From the NCBI GenBank assembly GCA_965202585.1, contig OZ241832.1, positions 16,678,001-16,742,000 of the forward strand: a stretch of DNA of 64,000 nt, written 5' to 3'. Source of the DNA: Thalia democratica (lineage: Eukaryota). The position numbers were made by a program, and so were the translations under genes. Under the pieces are notes generated by a model that was given only the letters and a program-made list of their open reading frames with translations, was not told the origin of the DNA and did no database searches. Positions 51,301 through 64,000 of the stretch are shown in pieces (the stretch's first letter is position 1; every line of letters begins with the position of its first letter).

Positions 51301-53819
51301 GTTTTTATAAAACTTTGCATCATTTTTGTTACAAATCAAAACTGTAAGAATTTGACTTCAAAAGCATGCTAAAAATTGACTTTGTAAATTAATGTGTTCT
51401 AATAAATATACCATTTTGTCCTAATACTTTGTGTTGTTCTAACTTAGTTGGAATATCGTTTTGTCAAATTACCCCAAGTATGTGTTTTTTAAGTACGACT
51501 TTTTACCTACGTACCTTTGTCAATAACAATGTCAGTTATATTTATAGACATTGTTTTGTCATCTGACATATCTCAATTTATACCTTAAGTTTTCAGACTT
51601 GAGAAAGATTTATGAATTTTAAGGTTTAAAAAAGTGATCCACTGTATCAATATAACTAGATTCCGGCTAGATCCGAAGCTTATATTTTAATTAGAATCAG
51701 ACCGGAACCCTACTTCGACTTAAAATTAGTATCTAGTCGGATTCGGATGTAAAATATCATTATTCGACTGGATCCGGACACTGGATCCAGTTAATAACTA
51801 ATTAAAAATGCTCAGGCCCACAAAATACTAAATAAAAATTGGTTGAAAAACGTTGCCCACCCCTAGTTTAGAGAAAGGGTAGAAAACGTACAGCCCACAT
51901 GTATTTTAGATGTAAAATATTTTGTTAAAGCCAATTTAACTTTTTATAAAAAATACTTTGAAAATGCTCTAATTTGAATTCCATTACTCAGTGGTGCTTG
52001 TCAAATGATCATTTAAATGCAGTATTGTTTCTGAAGAGTGTTCATTTTAGTTGTTATATTATAGTTTTCTAAAATTAAATAACCCAAAAATATTCGTTGC
52101 AAGCCTGGCCCGCAAATGAATACAAGCCCACTTTTAGTTAAGAATTAGCTTATTTACTGAACTAATTACTAAAATATTTATAAATGTTGGTTAGTCATAT
52201 TTTTTACTAGTAAGTTTGGTGTAAATACTCTTAGTATATGTTTTTTTAAATTTTATTTAAAACTGGTTTTGCCAAACTATAAGACATTTATAAAAAGTTT
52301 GTAAATTAAATATATTATTTACAACCAGGTCTCAGTGACAAATAAAGGCGACCTCTTCAAGTAAAATAAAATAGTAAACTGCATATATTAATTATTAAAA
52401 ATAAAGTAATAAGGGTTTATGATATATACTTTGGTTTAGCACAGACACAGTTTTAAATTATTTTTTTTTTCAAAACTTAATTTAATAAAATAGTTGGTAA
52501 CTTAAAAAGCAGTTTTTGTTAACAGAAAGGAAATATCAAATAAATGTGAAAATAGCAAGTTAATCAATATAGCTGACGATAAAGAAGCAAATTTAATTGA
52601 ACAATCTAAAGAAATCAATGACTTTATTTGTTAGTGGTTAAAAATTGTAAAAAAATTACTTGAAAGTTATCAATTTACTCTTTTGATAGTTTTACTACGT
52701 TTGTATAAGATTAAATACTAATACTTGTATAAAATTATTACAAGAAAATGTTTTATTGTAGAAAATATGATGAAAATATTGAAAAATTAAAAATTTGTTT
52801 CAAGGCTCTCATTCTAAAATTTTGTAACATATTTTTTTTCTTTTTCTTTTTTGAAAGAATTTGAAAGTCTTTAAGTTATAAATTGTTAAGTTTTATATAA
52901 ACATTATACTTACTCATTAAAAATAACTGGTATATATCAACCCTTGATGATTTTATATATTGAGCTAGAAAATTAAATTAAAAAAGTTTTAATGTTTATA
53001 ACGAATATTAAAAAATCAATACTTTATATAAAAAATCAAATATACTTGAATTTTTAAACACTCTACTATTTTTTTTCCAGACATTAATAGAAAACAAGGT
53101 AGAACAGTACTAATATCTTCAGATAATGGAAAAAGTAGAAACATAACAGCTTGCCTGTTATATATAATGAAGTACTATAGTTGGACTCTTAAAGTTAGTT
53201 TTTTATTACTTAGTGTGTAACATAAAATCATCAGTAATCAATGTAAATTTATACCCTTAATTCAATGCTGATGTTTATGCTAATGTAGTAGCTGTTTTCA
53301 AGTTTAATTCTTTTTTAATATATGACTGATAACAACTTTGTTATTGTTTTTACTTGGTTTTATAAAACAATTTAAGTCTTAGTTAAAAAAAGTAAATGAT
53401 TTGTTAAAACAATTAGTTTATAAGATTCTCAGCTCTTTCAGGCATAAGTTTTTAAGTCTAGCTACTTTTTAGATATCAGCCATTCTTTTTACTTAAACTG
53501 TGTAAAACTATATACAAAACACTAATACTTTAATGAATTAGCTGTAAAATGTAAAAATTATTTAATGAATAAACTGCTTAGCTACAAATGTTATAACGTT
53601 AACTTAAATAAATCAAGTAAAATACACTTCTAGCATAAGTCAAAAATATATCTAGAATATTTTTTGACGTCATAATATATTTTCCAGCAAGCTTGGAGTC
53701 ATATGAAACAATGCAAGGAAAATTTTCGACCAAACAGAAATTTTGTTGCTCAACTTTCAAACTACGAACAGGAAATTCTTGGTGAAAAAATAACTGATAT
53801 TTCTGATCCTAACTATTAA
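45387..53819 (+). CDS. STYXL1: Serine/threonine/tyrosine-interacting-like protein 1 (MK-STYX/DUSP24): rhodanese (CH2) domain + catalytically dead DUSP domain; 7 exons 45387-45489, 47724-47888, 48970-49106, 49705-49847 (or -49853), 52526-52629, 53081-53193, 53688-53819; about 298 aa
   Basis: All GT-AG junctions have matching phases. The translation has hallmark segments recalled from STYXL1: [11 protein letters not shown]...[100 protein letters not shown]. Confidence 0.93.
46844..47108. mobile_element. MITE of the CAGGGTTGCCA family in STYXL1 intron 1, 6-bp TSD
   Basis: Decayed TIRs CAGGTTCGCCA / TGGCAACCCTA, flanked on both sides by ATATAG. Confidence 0.7.
47125..47560. repeat. Diverged intronic tandem repeat of about 240 bp
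   Basis: tatattcatatgtcataa...gaaaacgtttgtga...tgaatgagtaa occurs at about 47152 and 47391; a related block lies at about 46400-46480. Confidence 0.7.
49775..50550 (+). repeat. Minisatellite of 96/102-bp units (7 clear, 1 degenerate) built from the end of STYXL1 exon 4 plus its 5' splice site
   Basis: Unit lengths are 96,96,96,102,96,102, then decayed; the open frame runs to TGA at 50359-50361. GTTAGT occurs at 49854, 49950, 50046, 50148, 50244, 50346 and 50442. Confidence 0.95.
50928..51147. mobile_element. hAT-like MITE, about 220 bp
   Basis: CAGAGTTTTCCAAA ... TTTGGGAAACCACG ends; 8-bp flanks GTTTATAG / GTTTAGAG. Confidence 0.65.
51156..51865. mobile_element. hAT (Charlie-like) non-autonomous element, 710 bp, with a nested small insert at about 51655-51795
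   Basis: Perfect 16-bp TIR TAGGGGTGGGCAACGT / ACGTTGCCCACCCCTA; perfect 8-bp TSD GTTTAGAG (51148-51155, 51866-51873). Confidence 0.9.
51874..52140. mobile_element. Older decayed relative of the 51156-51865 element
   Basis: Starts AAAGGGTAGAAAACGTACAGCCC (compare TAGGGGTGGGCAACGTACAGC) and contains ggcccgcaaat...gcccact near 52108-52133. Confidence 0.45.
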
Positions 53820-56800
53820 TCAGATTTAACTTATAAAAAATAAAAAACTATTAATTAACAATATTCATATTTTAATAAGAATTCTTAAATGTCCATTTGA
53901 ATCCATCACTGGTTTATAAAAAGTTGTTTAACTGCAATATCTAAACTAAGCTATTTATTTTGAAACAAATATATCAGTTTTAGCTTTGAACGTTTTTGTT
54001 AACTTGTATGATTTTTTTTAATTGAAATGTTTGTATCAAAGTTTTGTAATTTTAAAATACATACGGTTAAAATGAGATTAAAAAGTTACCATAATTCTTT
54101 ATTTAAATTAAATGGATAAATTAAAGTATATTATTGTGTTTTTATAAATTCAGCTGTAAGATCTCAATTAGTTATGGTACTATCTGATTTTAAACTATTT
54201 TATTAATCAAATCTTTTCGTATATATCATTTAAACAAAAAACAAATCGTTTTAATTTTATTTTAACGTTCCACAGAATAAACTTGAAATATAAATAATTT
54301 TTTCGTAATATTTTTTTTCATGTTTTGTAAATTTTAATATATTTTATCAATAAAATATGGTCTAGGTTGCTGAAGTTAAGCTAGGTAAAAACTGTAGAAC
54401 AAACATTTTTCAAATCGTATATCAATTGTTATTGCTTTATTTAAAAATTTATTATTATACATTCCATAATACAATTTTTCCAACATTTTTCATAAAATAA
54501 TTCACACTGTGTTTTTTGTTACTGTGATTTACATGTTACTGTTTGTAAGTTTTATATTTGTTTTACTACTTCTTTTTTTATTTATTTTTGTTTTTAATAA
54601 CATAAGTTTTACTACAACAATCTTCTAAGGAAAAAAATTAAATGTTTTTAGTTTTGTTTTCAATAAAAATATTAGTTTTTTTTTTTCTTAAAATGATTTG
54701 AATTATATATTTGTTTTTTTTTTTAAGGAGTTAAAATTATTTCACATTTTCTAAATTTGTTTTAAGATTTAATGTTTTAAAAATAAACTTCTGTAGTGGA
54801 AATTTAAAAGACATTTTTTTTTGGTGAATTTTAGACTAAGTATTTAAAGTAAAATAAAAGTTTTTTTTAAATAAAATTGTTTGAACAAACATTCTTTTAT
54901 TTTTAAAGGCAGTTAGAAAAAAAAAACTGACAACACAAAATAGACTCAAAAATTTTATTAGAAAAATAATATTTTGCTCTTTTGACTTATAAATGGCCTT
55001 AATTTTATGCTTTTTTCTCATAAGATATTTTTTTCACTTTCGCTATATATACACATAAAAATACAGAGTTCATCAGTTGAAACAAAAAAAAAATACTTTT
55101 TGAAGTTCAAAATTTAAGTATTTATAAATAAAAAAAGTTTTATAATAACAGAATTATTTACTTAATAACTTTTATGTGCTAATTTTGTTTAATTTTTTTA
55201 TATTACAATTAACAAATATCAACATAAAACTAATACTAATATTTCATACAATATCACTCTGTAAAAGTTTTCTACTAAAAATTAAACTTTCAAAAACTTC
55301 GCAGCATTTTAATTCAGATTTAAAGACAAAACAAAGTCATGAATGATTAGTTACTACGCCTGCTGATTTATTTTATTTTAATAAGTAAACTAAATATATT
55401 ACACACTCTACTGCTAATTTTAATTTTACTGAAAGATTTTTTTAGGTTACTTATACACAAATTGGCTAAAATTATAAGAATTATCGATACGTTATGTTAG
55501 AAATAAAATCACGACATAACAGGTTAAATTTTTTTTATATTAGTTTTAGTCTTCATTTAACTGATAAGTTGTTATTTAAGTTGATATCATATTGAAATTT
55601 TTTTATTCTTAAGGTTATAAAGTTCATTTTATTTAATTATAAATTTTCCATAGTTTATTAATTAGAAATAACATAGATAAACATTGTTATAAATATCCAG
55701 TATTAAATAGTTATTGTAAACATTTTTTTAAATTTTTTCAAATATTTTTACGAGTTTTTTTAATGGCTGTTGAAATAAAAGAGTTAAACTAATTTAGATG
55801 AAAACTTTCGTTTTAATAAAATGCATTGACTATTTGTTAAGTTTAGTTTGTAATTACTCAAAACAACCAGAAATTATTGTTACCAAAGTAAATTTTAATA
55901 AGCGCGGTTGTATAGTAAATATTTAGTAAATAGTATTGATTAACAACTTAAAGTTACAAAAATATAATAAAAATAACAGACTTGGAAAAACTAAAACATA
56001 AACTTTACCGATCGATAAATTAATTCACATTCATTTAAACATTTATAAGTTTTTGAAAAAAGATATTTTCAGATAGTTGGTAACTAAATTTAGTTTCGAT
56101 AAACAAGTTTAGAAATAATACTCAGTTTAGGATAGAAAAATATCTAAGACCCATTATATATTGTATTACATGTATTGTATTACACTAGATTGTATTGTTT
56201 TTAGCTTGTAAAAGTATATTATTTAACTGTAGCTCATTTCCGTGTGTTTTTACTTATACTTGTTTTAATATGTTGCTCTAATTTTTTTTTAAGAACAAGG
56301 AGTTATTTTCACTATAATTTTTTTAGATTGTTTTGTAAGGAAAATATATTTTTTGTCTATTTTCATAAATTATTATTTATTTTAATTTTTAAGTACTTTA
56401 ACTGTTTATAGTAAACTCCTCAAGGGTCGAAAATAACAAACAACTTTTCAGCAACTGATAAGAACAAATACAAAAAGTTAGAAAAACTCTTGTTGACTCG
56501 TGAAAAATCGGAATTTATAATTTTTAAGTTTTTGTGCAGTTGAGAAAGCTGTAACATTTCAAAAACTCAGAATGTTATTTCTTAATAAAACTACTGCTAA
56601 TTTAAGTTTTTTTTTAGTTTCTAAGCGGTACCAGATAACTTTCAAGACTTACAGAATTTATTTAAAGTGATAAAAACTTAACAATTTAAATAAAAAATCG
56701 GTATGCAGTTTTTGTTTCATAGTAACGTATTTTAAATTAAGTGAGGTTTCATTTAAGTTTTTTATTTTATAGAGTAAAATTTACTGAAACTTATATATTT

Positions 56801-59800
56801 TAAAGCTATATTTTAAACCATTTAGTTCACAAATTTAAACGTACACGTTTAACTGTTACTGATATCGTTCCTAGTGTGTTACTCTATGAATTGTTTTTAA
56901 TATTAATTAAACGTATGACAAGTACATCTTGACAAATGTTTCACTTGTAAATTAACATACAAATCAAAGTTATGAACAATTGATTACTACAACGACTGAT
57001 ATGTATTTGTGTAAAAAAGTCATTAACTATTCATACATACTTTACTGCTTAATTACAGTCTGCTGAAATGATTTTGTTTCTAGTTTTTAGATTTATAGTT
57101 AATAGTCTTAGATAAAATATATACGAACTTTTACTTACATTGATTAAATAGCTTTAAATGTACTAACACCACAAAACAAAGTCTTAATATTTTTAGAGTT
57201 TATTTAAACTTTAACTTTATCGATAAAAGGTTATATTGTTAAAACTTATTCAGTATTTATTTATATTCATTTTGTTTTTCTTTGATTTTATAGTTCGAAT
57301 AAATGAAATTTTGTATTTTATAAATTTGATTGTACTAACTATATAATTAGTTATAACTCCAATAAAGAGCTCAACTTGAAGGATCAAATAAACATGTTTT
57401 ATAAATTTATAAATTCACTAGTTTTATAAAATTAAACTATTCGGTTGGTTAAAAAAAACTTATGAGTAATTAAATTTTTTTAATATAAATCAAAATGTCT
57501 TTTATCAAGCACTAAGATTTGTATTTGTTTTTGTAAAAATAAAGAAGTTATGTAACTTTTTTAAATAAGTTTAGTTTTTTTTATCTGAAATAGGTTTGTC
57601 AAAATTTAATTCATAATATACTCGAAAATATTATTATTTAAATAAATTTGAATAATTTAAAAAGCACAATAATTTTATAAACAGTCATAAATTAATCTAT
57701 AAAAGTATTGTACATAAAAACTGTGAATCGAATTGAAGGACTTGATATAATTAGAACTGAAACATAAACTTTCCTGCTGATAGATAAAATAAAATTTCAT
57801 TTAGAAAATCAATCATTATAATAAATGATTATCTCTTAAAACTTAATACGCTTTTTTTTTAGTTAGTTAGATAATTTATTGAACGACCAAAAAAAATCGC
57901 TCAAAATACTCGATCTTAGAACCTGGTACACGAAGATCCTTTTGGTTCTTGAGACGCACACAACGGATACCTTTTAAGGTTTTGTCCTAGTCTGTTAATT
58001 TTTAACTAAATTTAATTAATTTTTTAATGTTTATTTAATCGAAAATTAAAAATTTGTACTCATTATACAATAAAACACATTATATAGTACACTGATATGT
58101 ATAATATTAACACTAGTTATTAAAAAAAAATTTAAATATGCTTTGTATAAATAACTGATTTTTTTAATTTGTTGAAAGTATTTAGTTTATGCAAATTAAA
58201 CTTTTTATTGAGCCTATTTGTTCTAAATAAAAATAGTTTTAGAAACAAACTTATATTTAACTCCTTCAATGACGAATATATACGGGACAAGTTTTACTAA
58301 AAATATTTTATTGATTAATTACAAGTTAAGCAAACTCTGCTGTTTAAAAATCAAAAGTTTTATCTTTAAAAATTTTAATCAGTTTAAAGTAACTGAAAAA
58401 ACTGTAGATTTAGAAGTTAAGATAATATATGGTTTAAATAATTTTTATCTTTTATTTTTTTTTTCAATAGATTAGTTGTATCATTTTATTTACTGTAATT
58501 TGTTTTCATTGCTTTGTAAAAGACAAAACTAAACTAAAAAGTTCTATTAATTTAACTAAAAACCAGGCAGGAAGGTGTCTTAAACTTAATTAAAAAAAAA
58601 AGGTAGAGCAAAGTTTGTTAAAAAAAAATTCTTCGAATTATAGTTTAGTATTTTATAGTTAACAAAATAACAAAAACACACATTAAATTACTACTACTAC
58701 TACTGTTTATAAACCATTACTATGTAAGCTGTGCCTACTTTAAACTAAACTCATAAAAATAAAAAACTTAGAAACATATTGTATGTGAAGTTTCATAGAA
58801 AGCAAAGTTATGAATAATTAATGATTGTATCGATCGATGTGTAGTTAGTTACCAACAATCATTAAATGTTTATATAGTATAAGTGTTTGTTTACATTTTA
58901 CTAGAAAATGCTTTTTTATATTTTTAGGTTCTAAAGTTTAATTGTCTTTAATCGAACAAATTTAACAATTACTAGTATATTGCTTTCCAAATCTCGTCGA
59001 GACAAAACTTGTTTTAATGAATGTAGATTAAGAAGTATTTTTAAAACTTAAAGCTTATAACTAGTTTAATTTTAAAGTTTTTAAATCTTAATTTAGTTTT
59101 TTTACATAAAGCATGTTTACATAACACAAGAATTTAAACTTCTCCATCGTTAATTAACTGTTGTAAACTAAATTTGTATTTGTTTGTTTAAAGGATTGTG
59201 TTTTGTTAATAAAGATTTTACTAAACAGAGAAGTTAAGCTTACTTGTCATGAGTATTTAAGTTTCTTTAGTGACTTTGTCAGCGGCTTTGTTTGGTGTTA
59301 AAAAATAAAAGTAGAAACTACGGAAGATACTTTATTACACTAAAATTAAATTCTATAGGTTTTATTGATATTAAAATTTAATAAAAAATGTTAAAGTTAT
59401 TATAAATTATTAGCCTCATTTAAAATATACATATAGAGTTATTCATATGTAGCTTATTTTAGCGTGTATTTATTAATACTTATTTTTGTTTAAATTTTTA
59501 TTGCTATTAAAATTTATAAATGAACAAGAAGTTATTCTTCAATACAACTTTTTTGTTATTTTTTTTATGGTAAACAAATAAAACTTTTTTTTGAAAGTGC
59601 ACAAAGCTCTTGATTTAAATAAATCGTACTTTTTAAATACTCTCATCCGTTTAAATTTTTATTGTGTATTTTAAAAAATTTCTCAAGTTTCGCACAATTA
59701 TAATCAACTTTTAGCAAGTGACCAATAAGATTAAATAAAGGAGGTTGTGAAAATTCGTATTCCTAAAGTATTTTGACTCATACCTTTTAATTTTTTCAGC

Positions 59801-62230
59801 CAGTTATTAGTAGCTTTTAAATTATAAAAAATTCAAATTTTTTGGTTTTTCTTTAAAAAATACTCTTATTTTAAACTTTTCTCGTTTATAAGTGGTACTA
59901 AATAATTCTTTAAACTTTTAAATTATTATAGTTATAACTGAAATTATAATTAATACTAGTTTTATAAAAAAAGACTATATGATGACTTTATGGTTACTAG
60001 TTACCCATGAAAATATACGAACTTTATTTTACATGTTTTTAGTATGATTGTTGTTGTTGTTTATTTTTCAACGTTTGGCAAATAAATTATAACCTAAAAC
60101 AACTGTAACAAGTGACAAGCAAAATGTAAGAACGAAAGGCAATTGTTAAATATACAAATATATTTAAATTCAACCAAAAAACAACACTCAAACTTTTAAA
60201 AAAGTTTACGACATAAAAAGTTATTGAACTTTAGTAAAATTAAATAATACAAAAAACTTGACAAAAAATTTTCAAAAAAAACAAAAAATTATCTTATAAT
60301 ATTTGTAATTGAAACCATTTTTTTAACGAATACGTTTTTATAGTTAATAAAACGAATACGTTTTTATAGTCAATAAAATATTTTGATGGGCACTATAAGA
60401 ACATTTATTTTAATTTGTTACAAGTCCCTGTTTTAAATAAATCGTAACTTTTAAAGTTATAATTTTTTAATTAAATATATTTAAAGTTAATTATTAAAAA
60501 CAAACTTTTCTAATGTAAAGTACTTAACACTTTGTGTTGTGTTAGTTTCTGTTAATGAATAATAAGTTAAAAGAATATTTTTTCAGAAAAATCAAATGTT
60601 TCACATTCACATTTTTTTGCAGTAATAAGTAACTGTAACAATTAAAATCTATTTTTTTTTTCTGTTTGCATAAAAAGTGCACAGAATACTTTTATAAAAA
60701 CTTATAAAATTTGGTCAAATTATAAGTAATTTTATTTTTAAATAATTTTTTTTGTTGCTTACAACTTCTTTTCTAAATTTTAAAACTTCTTTTAAAAGTA
60801 CTTAATTTTAGTTTTTAAGTATTAAAAATGACTCTTTGTTCAATATAAACGGTTATTTTTAATGGTATCAAATATTTTTACTTTATTAAATTTTAAAACT
60901 TAGAGTTTAGATGTACTAACTGCAACTAATCATAATTACTAACAGTTATATTTTAATAACACTAAAGTAATATAAAAATATTATTTTTATAAAATTGTTG
61001 TTACTACAGTGGTTTTTAAATTAGAAAATTTATCATTTCGAAAACAAGAAAAATTAAGATTTAATAATGTAAAGTAGATGCATTACATAGTATGAGTAAA
61101 TATAAACTTTATGCGGAATATATCATTGATATATATGCTACTTTAACTAAACAATTATTTTTTTTATATATAAAATTTTACTTTCATACTTAAATTTGTT
61201 TCAATTAATTTTTAAAAGTTTAATATAAAACCTAAGAACGATAACATTTGCTACAAAAGCTAAAAAATAAAAATACCTTCATTATAGAAAACTAAAAAAT
61301 AGACGTCAACAAACAACTTGAAAAAAAAAGTATAAAATAATTTGAAAAGTATTTTAGACTTACTTTTATATCACTTGCAACCTTTATTATTTTTTTAGCA
61401 GACTAAATTAGCTGCGAACATTTAAATGTTTCAATATTGTTTTTGTTTTTTAATATAAAAAAAGAAAGATCAAAATAGTGTAAGTGTATGAAACTTTTGT
61501 TTGCACAATAAGAAACTTGTTTTGTCGCAAAATTTTAAGGTACAACAAGACAGAAATTTACTTAAAAAAAAAGATATATGTAAATTTGTTTTAAATCAAC
61601 CAAAGTTTTGTAACGATCAAATTTTCATAGCTTACATAAAAAATTTGTAGATAAGTAACTTTTATTGACAAAAATATTGAAACAATTTTGTTTACAACTG
61701 CTTACATAAGTTAAATTGAACTTAAAAGTTCTGAATGTTCGAATTAACAAAAACTTAAGAAAGCTGCAACAAATCAAAAATTCAATCATTAAATAAATTC
61801 GTTTGTTTCAATCTGTATTTTAACGTTTTAGTATTTGATTTTTTATCGAAATCGCCTAGCTACACGTTTCGCAATATAGTTATTTTAATGTTGAAAAATG
61901 TTAAAGTAAATGTATTGATTACTTATGTTACTAGTTTTAATATATAATAAATATAAAAAATATCAATAATTTACACAAAGCAAGAATATTGGCTAAAAAT
62001 GATGCTAGTTACTTGTATTAGCGTGAACATCTTTTGTGCATGTAATTACATATAGTTTGATGATAGTTTACTTGTTTGATGATAGACACGTAGCTTAGCA
62101 AGTATTTATAGCTGCTGATGTTAAATAGATGTTTAACTTGGTAACTTATTACTTAAATGAGCTGCAGCAATTCATATTGCTATTAAACAGTACATTTGAT
62201 CTATAATTTTGTTTTAAAGTTTAACAAGTT

Positions 62231-62608
62231 TCTGAATTTAACAACAAGAAACAAAGTCTAACAAAGCATACTTCTACAATTTACAAATAGCTGAATGAGA
62301 ATACCAATCGGCTGAAAGAGTTACGAATGCAAAACGTTGCAGCAAACATGACAAAGCAACTAACAATCCTGGCTATCCTTTTCCTAATTAGAAAAATACG
62401 TACAAATGTTATTCAAGCTGAAATCAAACTAAAGAAAATTCATGAAAAGTTTTGTTAAAATTTTAACGAAACAGTTGATCATCTTAGAAATATTTTTTTC
62501 TAATTACAACAAGAAGAAATTTAGTTTCGACAACAATGCCTCTCTTCAAGAAGGATTAGAACATTTAAACTTTTAACAGTTGATGAGTCCCTTGTTGGTG
62601 ATCCTTGC
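62231..62608 (+). pseudogene. Truncated pseudogene of the coiled-coil/RING family (6290-7774 and 1-965)
   Basis: Reads EFNNKKQSLTK...K*LNENTNRLKEL...NMTKQLTIL...RKIRTNVIQAEIKL...FC*NFNETVDHL...TFKLLTVDESLVGDPC. Several stops; it breaks off at the first RING cysteine. Confidence 0.8.
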
Positions 62609-64000
62609 CTTACAAGGGACACTTAGAGAAATATTGAGTTAAATAAGTCAATGACTAACGATGTTTATTTTTTGTTATGTACATATTTTTACTATATGGA
62701 TTTATTTCAGTGGCCTTTTCATTTGTAAAAGTTAAGTATTTTATTTATCTGAGTTTTGAAAACTCTAAAATTGCTTGTGCTTAAAACAGTTTTAGGATAA
62801 GTTGTTGTTTATAAATGTGTTAAGTGCAAATAAACTTACTACAAATCAAATACAGCATTAGTTTAATAAAGTTTTATAAGTATGGGCTTCTTGAATTAGT
62901 TTAAATTATTGATTTTTTTAAAAGTGTTTAAAAAACTTCATTCATAGAACTCTTGGTAACCCTTTGCTAGTATACTACCCATAACAATTTCGATCATTTT
63001 AGTGTTTTACCTTTATATCGTCTACTTGGGAGAGTAAATTTAAGTCTTACATTAAAGTAAATATTGAACTATTAAAAATACTTCAACCATTTAACAATTA
63101 ATATAGCCGGTTTTCTAGATAAAAGTTATAAAATCAACTAAAAGACGCGATATCGACGACTTTAAGTAAAGGTAGATTTCTATTTAACTTAATTTAATTG
63201 TGTAATAAGCTAAACGAGTAAGACTGTTAACTATCTCAAATTTTGACTGTAAGTTTTTTTGAAATAGCTGTTGACTTTATAAAGTTAATGTCAAAAACAT
63301 AAAAAAATTAGGGTTTTATTTTAATAACGATAAGAAAATAATATACTCTCAATAATGCATTAATTAAGCTCACATGTGTCGTCTGACTTACATCTTAAGT
63401 AAAACAAAACTAAGACAGCTTATAAATGTAATATTTTTTATTAAAATAATAATTCTAGGTGTTGCAAAGTACATATAAGAAAATATAAACATTTTGTAGT
63501 ATTAAACTGTTTTCGTATAAAATTGCTAAAACTTTATACACGATAAAATACCAACTTATTTTATCGATATTAAATAAACTACGTTAATTGTTTATAAATA
63601 AACTCAAAGTACATGAAAAACTCCATTCAATTAAAGAAGAAGCAATAAAACAAGTATATTGACAAAGAAACAAAATTTAATCTTACCTTTAAAAGAAGGT
63701 TAATATCCGGTAGATTTAAAGGAAGATAGTTTTTAAATTTAAGGTAATAAGAAAAAAAATCATGAATATTAACAGTATTTTTCGCTGGTTTCTATGTTTA
63801 AAACTTAAAAAAATTTAATTTATTTTCTAAAGAAAGTATAATTAAATTAAACATTTTGTTTATAAACACTTACATATAATTTTTAAACGATACATTAAAA
63901 GACCAATATGGAAATAAGCAGAAACGTTCTTGAAAACTATTAGAGAATTAATTAAATACATGCCTACATAAAGGACATGTGTTGTGTTCAGCGAATCATC

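Noticed and set aside
57905-57955. Small GC-richer inverted repeat (TCTTAGAACC...GGTTCTTGAGA)
   Set aside because: About 10 bp, imperfect, with no other support.
5716-58475. Remaining short ORFs in the track (e.g. 5716, 5744, 7610, 10004, 17145, 18646, 20687, 23852, 27742, 48227, 50998, 54836, 58269)
   Set aside because: AT-driven F/L/I/K/N-rich composition, antisense shadows of real exons, or located inside TEs; no domains or paralogue-conserved frames.

Overview
Very AT-rich (roughly a quarter GC by eye), intron-containing eukaryotic DNA, most likely from an invertebrate animal; the species cannot be determined. Manual splicing gives one conserved gene, a 7-exon STYXL1/MK-STYX pseudophosphatase (45387-53819, +). 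It sits in a fast-turnover cluster of ubiquitin-ligase-type genes. These are: three coiled-coil + C-terminal RING paralogues (one running off the left edge, one with a TAG at the conserved RING Trp, one decayed); two segmentally duplicated two-exon genes that splice in frame into an unusual RING-H2 / coiled-coil / Kelch protein (one intact, one with a 1-nt deletion); two further Kelch remnants; and a BTB-less BACK-Kelch gene with a duplicated exon and a homopolymer frameshift. The ORF track splits or mis-starts most of these genes. Non-coding highlights: a 96/102-bp minisatellite that multiplies the exon-4 splice donor of STYXL1 in frame; a minimal Penelope-type hammerhead ribozyme plus a degenerate one; a 58-bp-arm hairpin element with a second diverged copy; a TIR transposon family with 6-bp target-site duplications; stacked hAT-like MITEs; decayed LINE sequence; and several local duplications. 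No tRNA, rRNA or CRISPR array was recognised. All coordinates were read by hand and need computational confirmation.
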